Positions 12,001 through 22,888 of a stretch of DNA of 64,000 bases are shown here, piece by piece. Position 1 is the stretch's first letter. Each line of letters opens with the position of its first letter. The stretch is from assembly GCA_002269645.1 (NCBI GenBank), contig NIVC01000911.1:310001-374000 (forward strand), written 5' to 3'. Origin of the DNA: Macrostomum lignano. Taxonomy: Eukaryota. Both the position numbers and the translations under genes were made by a program. Under the pieces are notes generated by a model that was given only the letters and a program-made list of their open reading frames with translations, searched no databases and was not told the DNA's origin.

Positions 12001-13182
12001 TTGTTTACATGACGCTTCTACGATTTTTATATGACGCTTCTATGATTTTTTAAAAGACGCTTCCACGATTTTTTAATGACGCTTCTATGATTTTTTACAT
12101 GACGCTTCTATGATTTTTTAAATGACCCATCTATGATATTTATATGAAGCTTCTACGATTTTTTGAATGACGCTTCTATGATTTTTTACATGACGCTTCT
12201 ATGATTTTTATATGACGCTTCTATGATTTTTTACATGACGCTTCTATGATTTTTTAAATGACGCTTCTATGATTGTTTACATGACGCTTCAGTGATTGTT
12301 TACATGACGCTTCTATGATTTTTACATGACGCTTCTATGATTGTTTACATGACGCTTCTATGATTGTTTACATGACGCTTCAGTGATTGTTTACATGACG
12401 CTTCTATGATTTTTTACATGACGCTTCTATGATTGTTTACATGACGCTTCTATGATTTTTTACATGACGCTTCTATGATTGTTTACATGACGCTTCTATG
12501 ATTGTTTATATGACGCTTCTATGATTTTTTTAAAAGACGCTTCTATGATTGTTTATATGACGCTTCTATGATTTTTTTAAATGACGCTTCTATGATTGTT
12601 TACATGACGCTTCTATGATTTTTTACATGACGCTTTTATGATTGTTTACATGACGCTTCAGTGATTGTTTATATGACGCTTCGATGATTTTTTACATGAC
12701 GCTTCCATGATTGTTTACATGACGCTTCTATGATTGTTTACATGACGCTTCTATGATTGTTTATATGACGCTTCTATGATTTTTTCATGACGCTTTTATG
12801 ATTTTTACATGACGCTTCTATGATTGTTTACATGACGCTTCAATGATTGTTTACATGACGCTTCTATGATTTTTTCATGACGCTTTTATGATTTTCACAT
12901 GACGCTTTAATGATTGTTTACATGACGCTTCTATGATTGTTTATATGACGCTTCTTTGATTTTTACATGACGCTTCTATGATTGTTTGCATGACGCTTCT
13001 ATGATTTTTTACATGACGCTCCTATGATTGTTTACATGACGCTTCTATGATTGTTTACATGACGCTTCTATGATTTTTTTAAAAGACGCTTCTATGATTT
13101 TTACATGACGCTTTTATGATTTTTGACATGACGCTTCTATGATTTTTACATGACGCTTCTATGATTTTTACATGACGCTTCT
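9080..13182 (-). repeat. Satellite array, 21-23 bp unit (ATGACGCTTCTATGATTGTTTAC), inside element A
   Basis: Continuous array of near-identical units with a variable T-tract. Confidence 0.95.
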
Positions 13183-13248
13183 TTTTAAAAAGTCTTTTAG
13201 TTTTCCTGACGTTGAAAAGCTTTAATTAAAAAAATTATACTCTATGAA

Positions 13249-13312
13249 AATTCGAACCACCGTCGCTGCATTTAGCAGTTCAGTTTGTTCACCTCTAGGC
13301 TATCTCTCATCG
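13249..13312 (-). pseudogene. tRNA-like (A/B-box) cassette in element A
   Basis: Minus strand reads gatagcctagaggtgaac...ctgaactgctaaatgcagcgacggtggttcgaatt. Confidence 0.45.
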
Positions 13313-14310
13313 TTTTGATAACATCAAATTTTGCACTTATATAATTCAACACTTTAAAATCCAAGCATAGAGTAAATCACACGAAGCAGTTATGACATAA
13401 TCAGTTTCTCAGTCAGTCAGTATCAGTTAACAATTATGGTTACGCAATTTAAATCAAGTCTGTGCTACGCTTCCACACTGCATTTTCAATTCAAGTCGGA
13501 GTTACAATTCAGTTATGATGCAATCTATTTCAGAATCAGAATTCAACCAGTCAGTTTTTTCTCTAGCATTCTTACAATGCATTTCAAGTCGAAAAGTTTG
13601 CTTGACCTTTGCAAAAAAGCATGTTTTTCGAATATTAATGCCTTTAGCATCGAGCAATTTCTTAGCCACGATGCATGTACCGTCACGGGAAAATTTCTGA
13701 TCGAACAGTGCAAGTCTCATAAAAATCGGTTAAGCCATTTTTTCTCTAATCGATTACAAGCTTGATTACGTTGCTATCTAATATACTAAAAATGAAATGC
13801 TTGGTTGCTTGCTTGTAATTGATTTTCTCCCGAACGGCTCAACCGATTTTCTTCAAACTTGCACCATTCGATCAGAAATTTTTCCGTGACGGTACATGCA
13901 TCGTGGCAAAGAAATTGCTCGATGCTAAAGGGATTAAATATTCGAAAAACATGCTTTTTTGCAAAGGTCAAGCAGCTATTTCGACTTGAAACGCACTGTA
14001 AAAATGCTAGAGAAAAAACTGACTGGTTGAATTCTGATTCTGAAATAGATTGCATCACAATACACTTTATTTATCGTCTGTGTACTGGCTGAATTTGACA
14101 CTCAATTGAATTGCGTCACAGCTTTGAGTGTGAAAGTATAGTGCAGTACTGAATTTATATTACGTAACCATATTGTTAGCTTTCATAGACACTGGTACTG
14201 ACTTGCCTAAGAAATTGATTATGTCATAACTGCTTCGCGTGACTTTTTACTCTACCTGACTTGGTGTGAGTGTTGAATTATATAAGTGGTACAAATTCAC
14301 TGATAACTTC

Positions 14311-14376
14311 GATGAGAGCTAGCCTAGAGCTGAGCAGACCAGACTGCTAATGCAGCGACCTGGGTTCGAATCTAAG
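14311..14376 (+). pseudogene. tRNA-like cassette B1
   Basis: tagcctagagctga...agactgctaatgcagcgacctgggttcgaatctaag, with an A-box-like segment, a ctgctaa loop and a GGTTCGAAT B-box. Confidence 0.5.
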
Positions 14377-14444
14377 TAGTTTAAAAGTAGTAGTGTAAAA
14401 TTTTTTATTAAAAGCTTTTATTAAAGGACTAAATAAAAACACTT

Positions 14445-16455
14445 AGATTACTGCACTCGATAAGCTAAGGATTATTGCTCTTGGCAAACCAAGGAATACT
14501 GCACTCGATAAGCCAAGGATTATTGCTATTAATAAACCAAGGATTACTGCACTCAATAAACCAAGGACTATTGCTATTAATAAACCAAGGATTACTGCAC
14601 TCAATAAACCAAGGACTATTGCTCTTGGCAAACCAAGGATTACTGCACTCGATAAGCCAAGGACTATTGCTCTTGGCAAACCAAGGATTACTGCACTCAG
14701 GAAGCCAAGGATTATTGCACTTGGAAAACCAAGGATTACTGCACTCGATAAACCAAGGACTATTGCTCTTGGCAAACCAAGGATTACTGCACTCAAGAAG
14801 CCAAGGATTATTGCTATTAATAAACCAAGGATTACTGCACTTGGAAAACCAAGGATTACTGCACTCGATAAACCAAGGACTATTGCTCTTGGCAAACCAA
14901 GGATTACTGCACTCAAGAAGCCAAGGATTATTGCACTTGGAAAACCAAGGATTACTGCACTCGATAAACCAAGGACTATTGCACTTGATAAACCAAGGAA
15001 TATTGCACTTGATAGGCCAAGGATTACTGCACTTGATAAACCAAGGATTATTGCACTTGATAGGCCAAAGATTACTGCGCTTGATAAACCAAGGATTATT
15101 GCACTTGATAAACCAAGGATTATTGCACTTGATAAGCCAAGGATTACTGCGCTTGATAAACCAAGGATTATTGCACTTGATAAACAAAGGATTATTGCAC
15201 TTGATAAACAAAGGATTATTGCACTTGATAAACAAAGGATTATTGCACTTGATAAACCAAGGATTATTGCACTTGATAAGCCAAGGATTATTGCACTTGA
15301 TAAGCCATGGATTATTGCACTTGATAGTAAAGAATGTTGCACTTGATAAGCCAAGGATTACTGCACTCGATAAACCAAGGATTATTGCTATTAATAAACC
15401 AAGGATTATGCACTTGGCAAACCAAGGATTACTGCACTCGATAAGCCAAGGATTATTGCTATTAATAAACCAAGGATTACTGCACTCAATAAACCAAGAA
15501 CTATTGCTCTTGGCAAACTAACGATTACTGCACTCGATAAGCCAAGGATTATTGCTATTAATAAACCAAGGATTACTGCACTCGATAAACCAAGGATTAT
15601 TGCTATTAATAAACCAAGGATTACTGCACTCGATAAGCCAAGGATTATTGCTATTAATAAACCAAGGATTACTGCACTCGATAAACCAAGGATTATTGCT
15701 ATTAATAAACCAAGGATTATGCACTTGGCAAACCAAGGATTACTGCACTCGATAAGCCAAGGATTATTGCTATTAATAAACCAAGGATTACTGCACTCAA
15801 TAAACCAAGAACTATTGCTCTTGGCAAACTAAGGATTACTGCACTCGATAAGCCAAGGATTATTGCTATTAATAAACCAAGGATTACTGCACTCGATAAA
15901 CCAAGGATTATTGCTATTAATAAACCAAGGATTATGCACTTGGCAAACCAAGGATTACTGCACTCGATAAGCCAAGGATTATTGCTATTAATAAACCAAG
16001 GATTACTGCACTCAATAAACCAAGGACTATTGCTCTTGGCAAACCAAGGATTACTGCACTTGATTAATCAAGGATTATTGCTATTAATAAACCAAGGATT
16101 ACTGCACTCGATAAGCAAGGATTATTGCTATTAATAAACCAAGGATTACTGCACTCGATAAGCCAAGGATTATTGCTATTAATAAACCAAGGATTACTGC
16201 ACTCGATAAGCCAAGGATTATTGCTATTAATAAACCATGAATTACTGCACTCGATAAGCCAAGGATTATTGCTATTAATAAACCAAGGATTACTGCACTC
16301 ATAAGCCATGGATTATTGCTATTAATAAACCAAGGATTACTTACTGCACTTGGCAAACCAATAATTACTGCACTCGATAAGCCATGGATTATTGCTATTA
16401 ATAAACCAAGGATTACTGCACTCGATAGCCAAGGATTACTGCGCTTGATAAGCTT
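14445..16455 (+). repeat. 24-bp minisatellite array (CCAAGGATTAYTGCACTYGATAAA variants)
   Basis: Tandem 24-bp units, which produce spurious repetitive ORFs in several frames. Confidence 0.92.
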
Positions 16456-16479
16456 GGCTACATGTATAGGATTATTTCT

Positions 16480-16700
16480 ATCCAGGGATGCTTGCTATTT
16501 AGGGATTCTTGCTATGTGCAGGATGCTTGCTATCTGGAAGGATGCTTCTACATTATTTGGGGTATGCTTGCTATCTGCAAGATGCTTGCTATCTGCAAGA
16601 TGCTTGCTATCTGCAGATGCTTGCTATCTGCAGATGCTTGCTATCTGGGTGGATGCTTGCTAGGAGTATTAGGGGATGCTTGCTACTGGGGGGATGCTTG
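16480..16700 (+). repeat. Degenerate 18-bp repeat (GATGCTTGCTATCTGCAA)
   Basis: Repeated gatgcttgctatct motif. Confidence 0.75.
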
Positions 16701-16744
16701 CTGTCTTGGGAATATTTTCTATTTAGGGGTAATGACTAAAATTC

Positions 16745-16806
16745 ATGAGAGCTAGCCTAGAGGTAAACAGACTAAACTGCTAAATGCAGGGACGATGGTT
16801 CGAATT
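16745..16806 (+). pseudogene. tRNA-like cassette B2
   Basis: tagcctagaggtaaacagactaaactgctaaatgcagggacgatggttcgaatt, closest in sequence to the cassette of element A. Confidence 0.45.
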
Positions 16807-16862
16807 TTTAGAGAGTAGAGTTTTTTTTAATTAAAGCCTTTTAACGCCAAGACAAAAAAAAT

Positions 16863-18580
16863 TATGGAAGCGTCATGTAAACAATCATACAAGCGTCATG
16901 TAAACAATCATAGAAGCGTCATGTAAAAATCATAGAAGCGTCATGTAAAAATCATAGAAGCGTCATGTAAACAATCATAGAAGCGTCATGTTAAAATCAT
17001 AAAAGCGTCATGTAAAATCATAAAAGCGTCATAAAAAATCATAGAAGCGTCATGCAAACAATCATAGAAGCGTCATGTTAAAATCATACAAGCGTCATGT
17101 AAACAATCATACAAGCGTCATGTAAACAATCATAGAAGCGTCATGTAAAAAATCATAGAAGCGTCATGTTAAAATCATAAAAGCGTCATAAAAAATCATA
17201 GAAGCGTCATGTAAACAATCATACAAGCGTCATGTAAACAAACATAGAAGCGTCATGTAAACAATCATAGAAGCGTCATGTAAAAATCATAGAAGCGTCA
17301 TGTAAAAATCATAGAAGCGTCATGTAAACAATCATAAAAGCGTCATGTAAACAATCATAGAAGCGTCATGTAAAAATCATAGAAGCGTCATGTAAAAATC
17401 ATAGAAGCGTCATGTAAACAATCATAGAAGCGTCATGTTAAAATCATAAAAGCGTCATGTAAAATCATAAAAGCGTCATAAAAAATCATAGAAGCGTCAT
17501 GCAAACAATCATAGAAGCGTCATGTTAAAATCATACAAGCGTCATGTAAACAATCATACAAGCGTCATGTAAACAATCATAGAAGCGTCATGTAAAAAAT
17601 CATAGAAGCGTCATGTAAAAATCATAGAAGCGTCATGTAAACAATCATACAAGCGTCATGTAAACAATCATAGAAGCGTCATGTAAAAATCATAGAAGCG
17701 TCATGTAAAAATCATAGAAGCGTCATGTAAACAATCATAGAAGCGTCATGTTAAAATCATAAAAGCGTCATGTAAAATCATAAAAGCGTCATAAAAAATC
17801 ATAGAAGCGTCATGCAAACAATCATAGAAGCGTCATGTTAAAATCATACAAGCGTCATGTAAACAATCATACAAGCGTCATGTAAACAATCATAGAAGCG
17901 TCATGTAAAAAATCATAGAAGCGTCATGTTAAAATCATAAAAGCGTCATAAAAAATCATAGAAGCGTCATGTAAACAATCATACAAGCGTCATGTAAACA
18001 AACATAGAAGCGTCATGTAAACAATCATAGAAGCGTCATGTAAAAATCATAGAAGCGTCATGTAAAAATCATAGAAGCGTCATGTAAACAATCATAAAAG
18101 CGTCATGTAAACAATCATAGAAGCGTCATGTAAACAAACATAGAAGCGTCATGCAAACAATCATAAAAGCGTCATAAAAAATCATAGAAGCGTCATGTAA
18201 ACAATCATGGAAGCGTCATGTAAACAATCATAGAAGCGTCATGTAAAAATCATAGAAGCGTCATGTAAAAATCATAGAAGCGTCATGAAAAAATCATAGA
18301 AGCGTCATGTAAAAATCACAGAAGCGTCATGTAAAAATCATAGAAGCGTCATGTAAAAAATCATAGAAGCGTCATGTAAACAATCATACAAGCGTCATGT
18401 AAACAATCATAAAGCGTCATGTAAACAATCATAAAAGCGTCATGTAAACAAGCATAGAAGCGTCATGTAAACAATCATAAAAGCGTCATGTAAACAATCA
18501 TAAAAGCGTCATGTAAACAAGCATAGAAGCGTCATGTTAACATAGAAGCGTCATGAAAAAATCATAGAAGCCTCATATAA
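16863..18580 (+). repeat. Satellite array (same 21-23 bp unit as in A, opposite orientation) inside element B
   Basis: (ATCATAGAAGCGTCATGTAAACA)n. Confidence 0.95.
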
Positions 18581-19524
18581 AAACTAATGAAAGTGTGTCA
18601 TTTAAAAAATTAAGAAGCATCATGGAAGAATAAAAGAAGCGTAACGTAAAAATCAAAAGAAGCGTCATGTCAGACATGAAACAAGTGTCATAAAAATTAA
18701 ATGAAGCTATAGTGCTGTGCTGGGGAGAATCACTGAGACGTCAAGGCTCACAGAGAATAACTGAGATTACAGGGGGGTTTCTGAGATGTTAAAGCAAAAG
18801 TCAGAAGCTACTTCAAAGTACATGTACTTTACTTAAGTTTTTTTATTGCATTCTTTGTTGGCTTGCCACGGTGGGGGGGGGCGCTGATAGAAAAAGAGTC
18901 ATGTAAAAATAAAAGGAGCACTATGTATACATAAAATAAAAGTCATGTCAAAGTTAAAAGATTCATTTGGGAATTGCTACGATGTCAAAGCTTGGAGGGA
19001 ATCGTTATAGTGCTGTGATTCTTAAAGAAGGAATCATTAAAATGCCAAGGCTTAGGGAGAAGAATTGCTGTGATTTCAAGGCTTTAGGTTGGGTGAAAGT
19101 TAGGTTTACGTCAGGTTTGGGTTGAGGGTTAGATTTTAGCGCGTTTCAAGGTTAACAGGGGATTTTTTAGATTTCAAGGTTTATGGGGGCATCGCTGACA
19201 TGTCAAGGCTTACGAGGGGAATCTATCTATCTATCTATCTATAGCTGAGATGTCAAGGCTCACGGGGGAATAAATGAGATGTCAAGGCTAATGTCAGAAG
19301 CTACATGTAGTTTATTGGAAAAAAGTTATTACATTATTTGTTGGCTCCTCACGGGAGGGATCGCTGATAGAAAAAGCGTAATGTAAAAAAATAAAAGAAG
19401 CTTCATGTCGAAGTTAAGAGATTCATTTGGGAATCCCTACGATGTCGAGGCTTGCAGGGAATCGCTATAATGCTGTAGTAGTGCTATAATGACTCTTAGA
19501 GAGAATTACTGAAATTTCAATGCT

Positions 19525-19564
19525 TTAGGGTTAGGGTTAGGGTTAGGGTTAGGGTTAGGGTTAG
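19525..19564 (+). repeat. Interstitial (TTAGGG)n inside element B
   Basis: Six perfect units plus a partial unit. Confidence 0.9.
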
Positions 19565-20847
19565 AAAGTAGACAGATTTTTTAAGATTTCAAGGCTTATG
19601 GGAGCATCGCTGAGATGTCAAGGGGGGAGTTGATATGTTAAGGCTTGTGGGGGGGGGATTGCTGACATGTCAAGGCTTACAAGGGTACTGGTAGCGTACT
19701 GAAGCATACTGGTAGAAGTAGCTCTGAAAGAAGGCAAGTATGGTTGAATTTCAATGTCTGTTATAAAATTCTGCACAAGCATGTTTTATTGGTACATAAG
19801 CCTGGAATTAAAATGAGAATTCGATTCCTAGCCCCCCTCCCTAAGAATTTTTTTTCATTTTAAAGGATTCGTCCCTTGCTTATTGGCCACCCCGAAGGGG
19901 GGCGCTAGATTGCTAGTCTAAATATACTAAATCTCTAATATTTGTATGCTTGCTTGCTTGTCCATAACGCTCTAGAGATTGCAATTCTTCACCGATTTTG
20001 ATCGCGTTTTCGCCAAAAGATTTGTAATCAGCCTGGGATTGTATGGTTAAAATTTCTTGTATCTGCTTCAATGCTAAAGGGATTAGATATTCGAAAAACA
20101 TGCTTTTTTGCAAAGGTCAAGCAGCTCTTTCGACTTGAAATGCATTGTAAAAATGCTAGCAGATAAAAAACTGACTGACTGAATTCTGATTCTGATAAAG
20201 ATTGCATCACAACAAGTTGAAAACACTGCGCCAAGTTAAAAGACAGAAATTGCGTAACCATATTGCTAACTTTAATTGAGACTGATGCTGACTGCCTGAG
20301 TATTTGATTATGTCATAGCTGCTTCGTATGACTTTCACTCGAACGGCCTTGGTGTTAGTATTCGTGTAACGTTCTAGAGATTGAACCAATTGACCAATTT
20401 TAATCGCTTTTTCGCCAAAAGATGCAAAATTGTCTGGAAAGAAGACAGTTAAAATTTCTTTAATCGGCTTAAATGCTAAAGGTATTAAATATTCGAAAAA
20501 CGAGTTTTCCCAATGCTTTTAATGGGAGGGCAAACTAGGTTGAATTCTTGACTGGCTGAATTCCAATTCCAATTATGATTGCGCCATAACTTTTCTCTCT
20601 CCACTGTAAATGCTTCAATACTGGCTGCAGTGTGCAAGGAGAAAAAATGCTCAGTGGCTGCGTGTGTACATTCTGACCCTGGCTCTGACTGGCGGACTCC
20701 ATAGAAAATTGCTATTTATAGATTTCACTCAATCAACTGTGCATTGGCTCCGCCTGCACGCCTACACACTGAGCAGCCTATCACTGCTATGTATTTAACT
20801 GAAGTTCTGAAGGATATATGGCTGATTTTGTTGTCCTCCCATCAATA

Positions 20848-20927
20848 GGCGGAGTAGCCGCACTGTAGGCACTAGGACTAGGTTTAGGCTAGGCGTAAGG
20901 TCCAAGGTTCGAGTCTGCCTCCCCGGC
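20848..20927 (+). pseudogene. Second type of tRNA/SINE-like segment in element C (copy 1; copy 2 at about 21463-21543)
   Basis: ggcggagtagccgcactgtagg...ggtccaaggttcgagtctgcctcccc, inside a duplication of about 615 bp. Confidence 0.3.
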
Positions 20928-22647
20928 GGATAATTAAAATTAAAATAATTCAATAATTTATAGCTTGCGCCTCGACTAATTGGAACATTTTTTTATTAAT
21001 TTCAATTGAAACATATTTCATTAATTCGCAATTCATTTTTTGCTACTCGGCACAAGCCGCTAATCAAATTTGATTTGTTAAAACTGCTTCGAGTATAACT
21101 GATCCCATCAAGGGTATTGTCTATCTCCATAAAAGTACGAAATTACTAAACTGCAGACAATGCTGCTAAATTGCTTAAAGGTATTGCTAAATGCAGAGCT
21201 GCCGATATGTATCGAAAATTGATTAGTGAGCCGTACAATTCTGAGCAAATTGCAGTTTTCTGAGGGGACTGAGGTGCCGGCCAGAGAAGAACTGCAGACT
21301 GTGAAGTAGTTCCTCCAGACTTAAATCTAATTTATAGATTTCACTTAACTGTGCATTGGCTCTGCCTGCATGCAACCCGTGCACTAAGCAGCCTATCACT
21401 GCTGTGTATTTGACTGCAGTGCCAAAGCATATATGGCTGATTTTGTCGCCCTCCGATCAATAGGCGGAGTAGCCGCACTGTAGGCACTAGGACCAGGTTT
21501 AGGATAGGCGTAAGGTCCCAGGTTAGAGTCTGGCTCGCAGCGGACAATTGAAATTGAGCTAATTATTATTTCATTTTAGCTTGTGCTTCGACTAATTGGA
21601 AGTTTTATGCTTAATTAACAAGGCACACTAAATGAACTACATGTATTTTTGCTATTTAGCACAAGTCGCTAAGCAAATTTGATTTGTAAAAACTGCTTCG
21701 AGTACATGTATTACGAGCGTACTGATCCCATCAATGGGTATATGGCGTAGTTCCATGAAAGTATGAAATTGCTAAACTGCAGACCATTCTGAAAAAAACT
21801 TCTGACGGTATTGCAAAATGCTGAGTTTTGCAAGACTGCCGATGTGTATCGAAAATTTATTAGTGAGCCGTAAAATTCTGAGCAAATTGCAGTTTCCTGA
21901 GGAGCTGAGGTGCCGGCTGAAAGAAGAACTGCAGGCTGCTGAGAGGATGAATGAAAATTGTTAATTGAACACTTGTAGACTGCAAATGGAATGACTGCAG
22001 ACTGCTTAGGGAAACTGCAGACTGTCGAAGGGATCATTGCAGATTGCAAAGGGGAAACAACTGCAAACTGCTGAGGTAGTTCCTCCAGACGTATGAGCGT
22101 ATAGCTGCAGACTGCTGAGAGGGAAAACTGCCGACTAATAGGGGGATAATGGCAGACTTCTGAGGGTAATAACTAACTATTGAGCTTTGAGTGGATATTA
22201 ACTGTGGAATATTAAGTACAAGTTGTTGAGGGGATTACTGCAGGCTGCCAAGTGAAATATTTTTTGCTAAGAGGACAATTCTATGAGCTGAAGGTATACA
22301 TGCTTAATTTTAGTAAAAGTTGTAGAATGCAAAGTGGATGATAAATGCCGGCTGCTAAGAAATAACTGCAGTCTTTTTGCGGGATTAGATGCAGGGATAA
22401 TTTCAGGTTGTTGTAGGGATAAATGCCGATTTCTGGGGGTTAACTTCAAACGGCTGAAGTTGCTAAACTAGATTATTTCGACCACATGTCAATAGGCACA
22501 ACAGCCGCAGTAGGCAGGCAGTATCCGGCAGAAGCTAAGCAGAATGCTTTGATGTCAGCAGTTCGAGCCTGCATTGAAGCAGCGAATTTATATTTGTGAC
22601 CTGTGACAATAATGATTGTATCCTTTGCAGATTTTGCGGAACAGTGC

Positions 22648-22888
22648 CGGTGAACCATTGCTAAACTGCTGGTGAACCATTGCTAAACTGCTGCTGGTGA
22701 AATTGCTAAAGTGATGGTAAACCATTGCTAAAGTGATGGTGAACCATTGCTAAACTACTGGTGAACCATTGCTAAACTGCTGGTGAACTATTGCTAAAGT
22801 GATGGTAAACCATTGCTAAACTGCTGGTGAACCATTGCTAAAGTGATGGTAAACCATTGCTAAAGTGATGGTAAACCATTGCTAAAGT
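22648..22888 (+). repeat. 22-bp minisatellite (GGTGAACCATTGCTAAACTGCT) in element C
   Basis: About 11 tandem units. Confidence 0.85.

Larger units (their letters stand above)
7893..13770 (-). mobile_element. Non-autonomous Helitron-like element A (5' end truncated)
   Basis: On the minus strand it ends in a GC hairpin (gctccccaacggggggc) + gtagattgCTAG followed by T. Collinear with element D in reverse complement. No TC-tatactaaaa 5' terminus is visible. Confidence 0.72.
13777..19916 (+). mobile_element. Non-autonomous Helitron-like element B
   Basis: Starts A|TCtaatatactaaaaatg. Ends with hairpin gcc(a)cccc-gaa-gggg-ggc + gctagattgCTAG (19913-19916). No TSD. Shares 5' and 3' blocks with A and D. 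Confidence 0.75.

Noticed and set aside
13436-14092. Short ORFs repeated at 13.4-14.1, 19.9-20.3 and 25.2-25.5 kb as a gene family
   Set aside because: They are the shared 5' block of the Helitron-like elements, with inconsistent frames and stops between copies and no Rep/helicase motifs.
14443-16356. Long hydrophobic or repetitive ORFs (LGLSSAII, NQGLLHLI, KCNNPWFI repeats) as proteins
   Set aside because: They are translations of a 24-bp tandem repeat, open in several frames on both strands, lack credible starts and lie inside a Helitron-like element.
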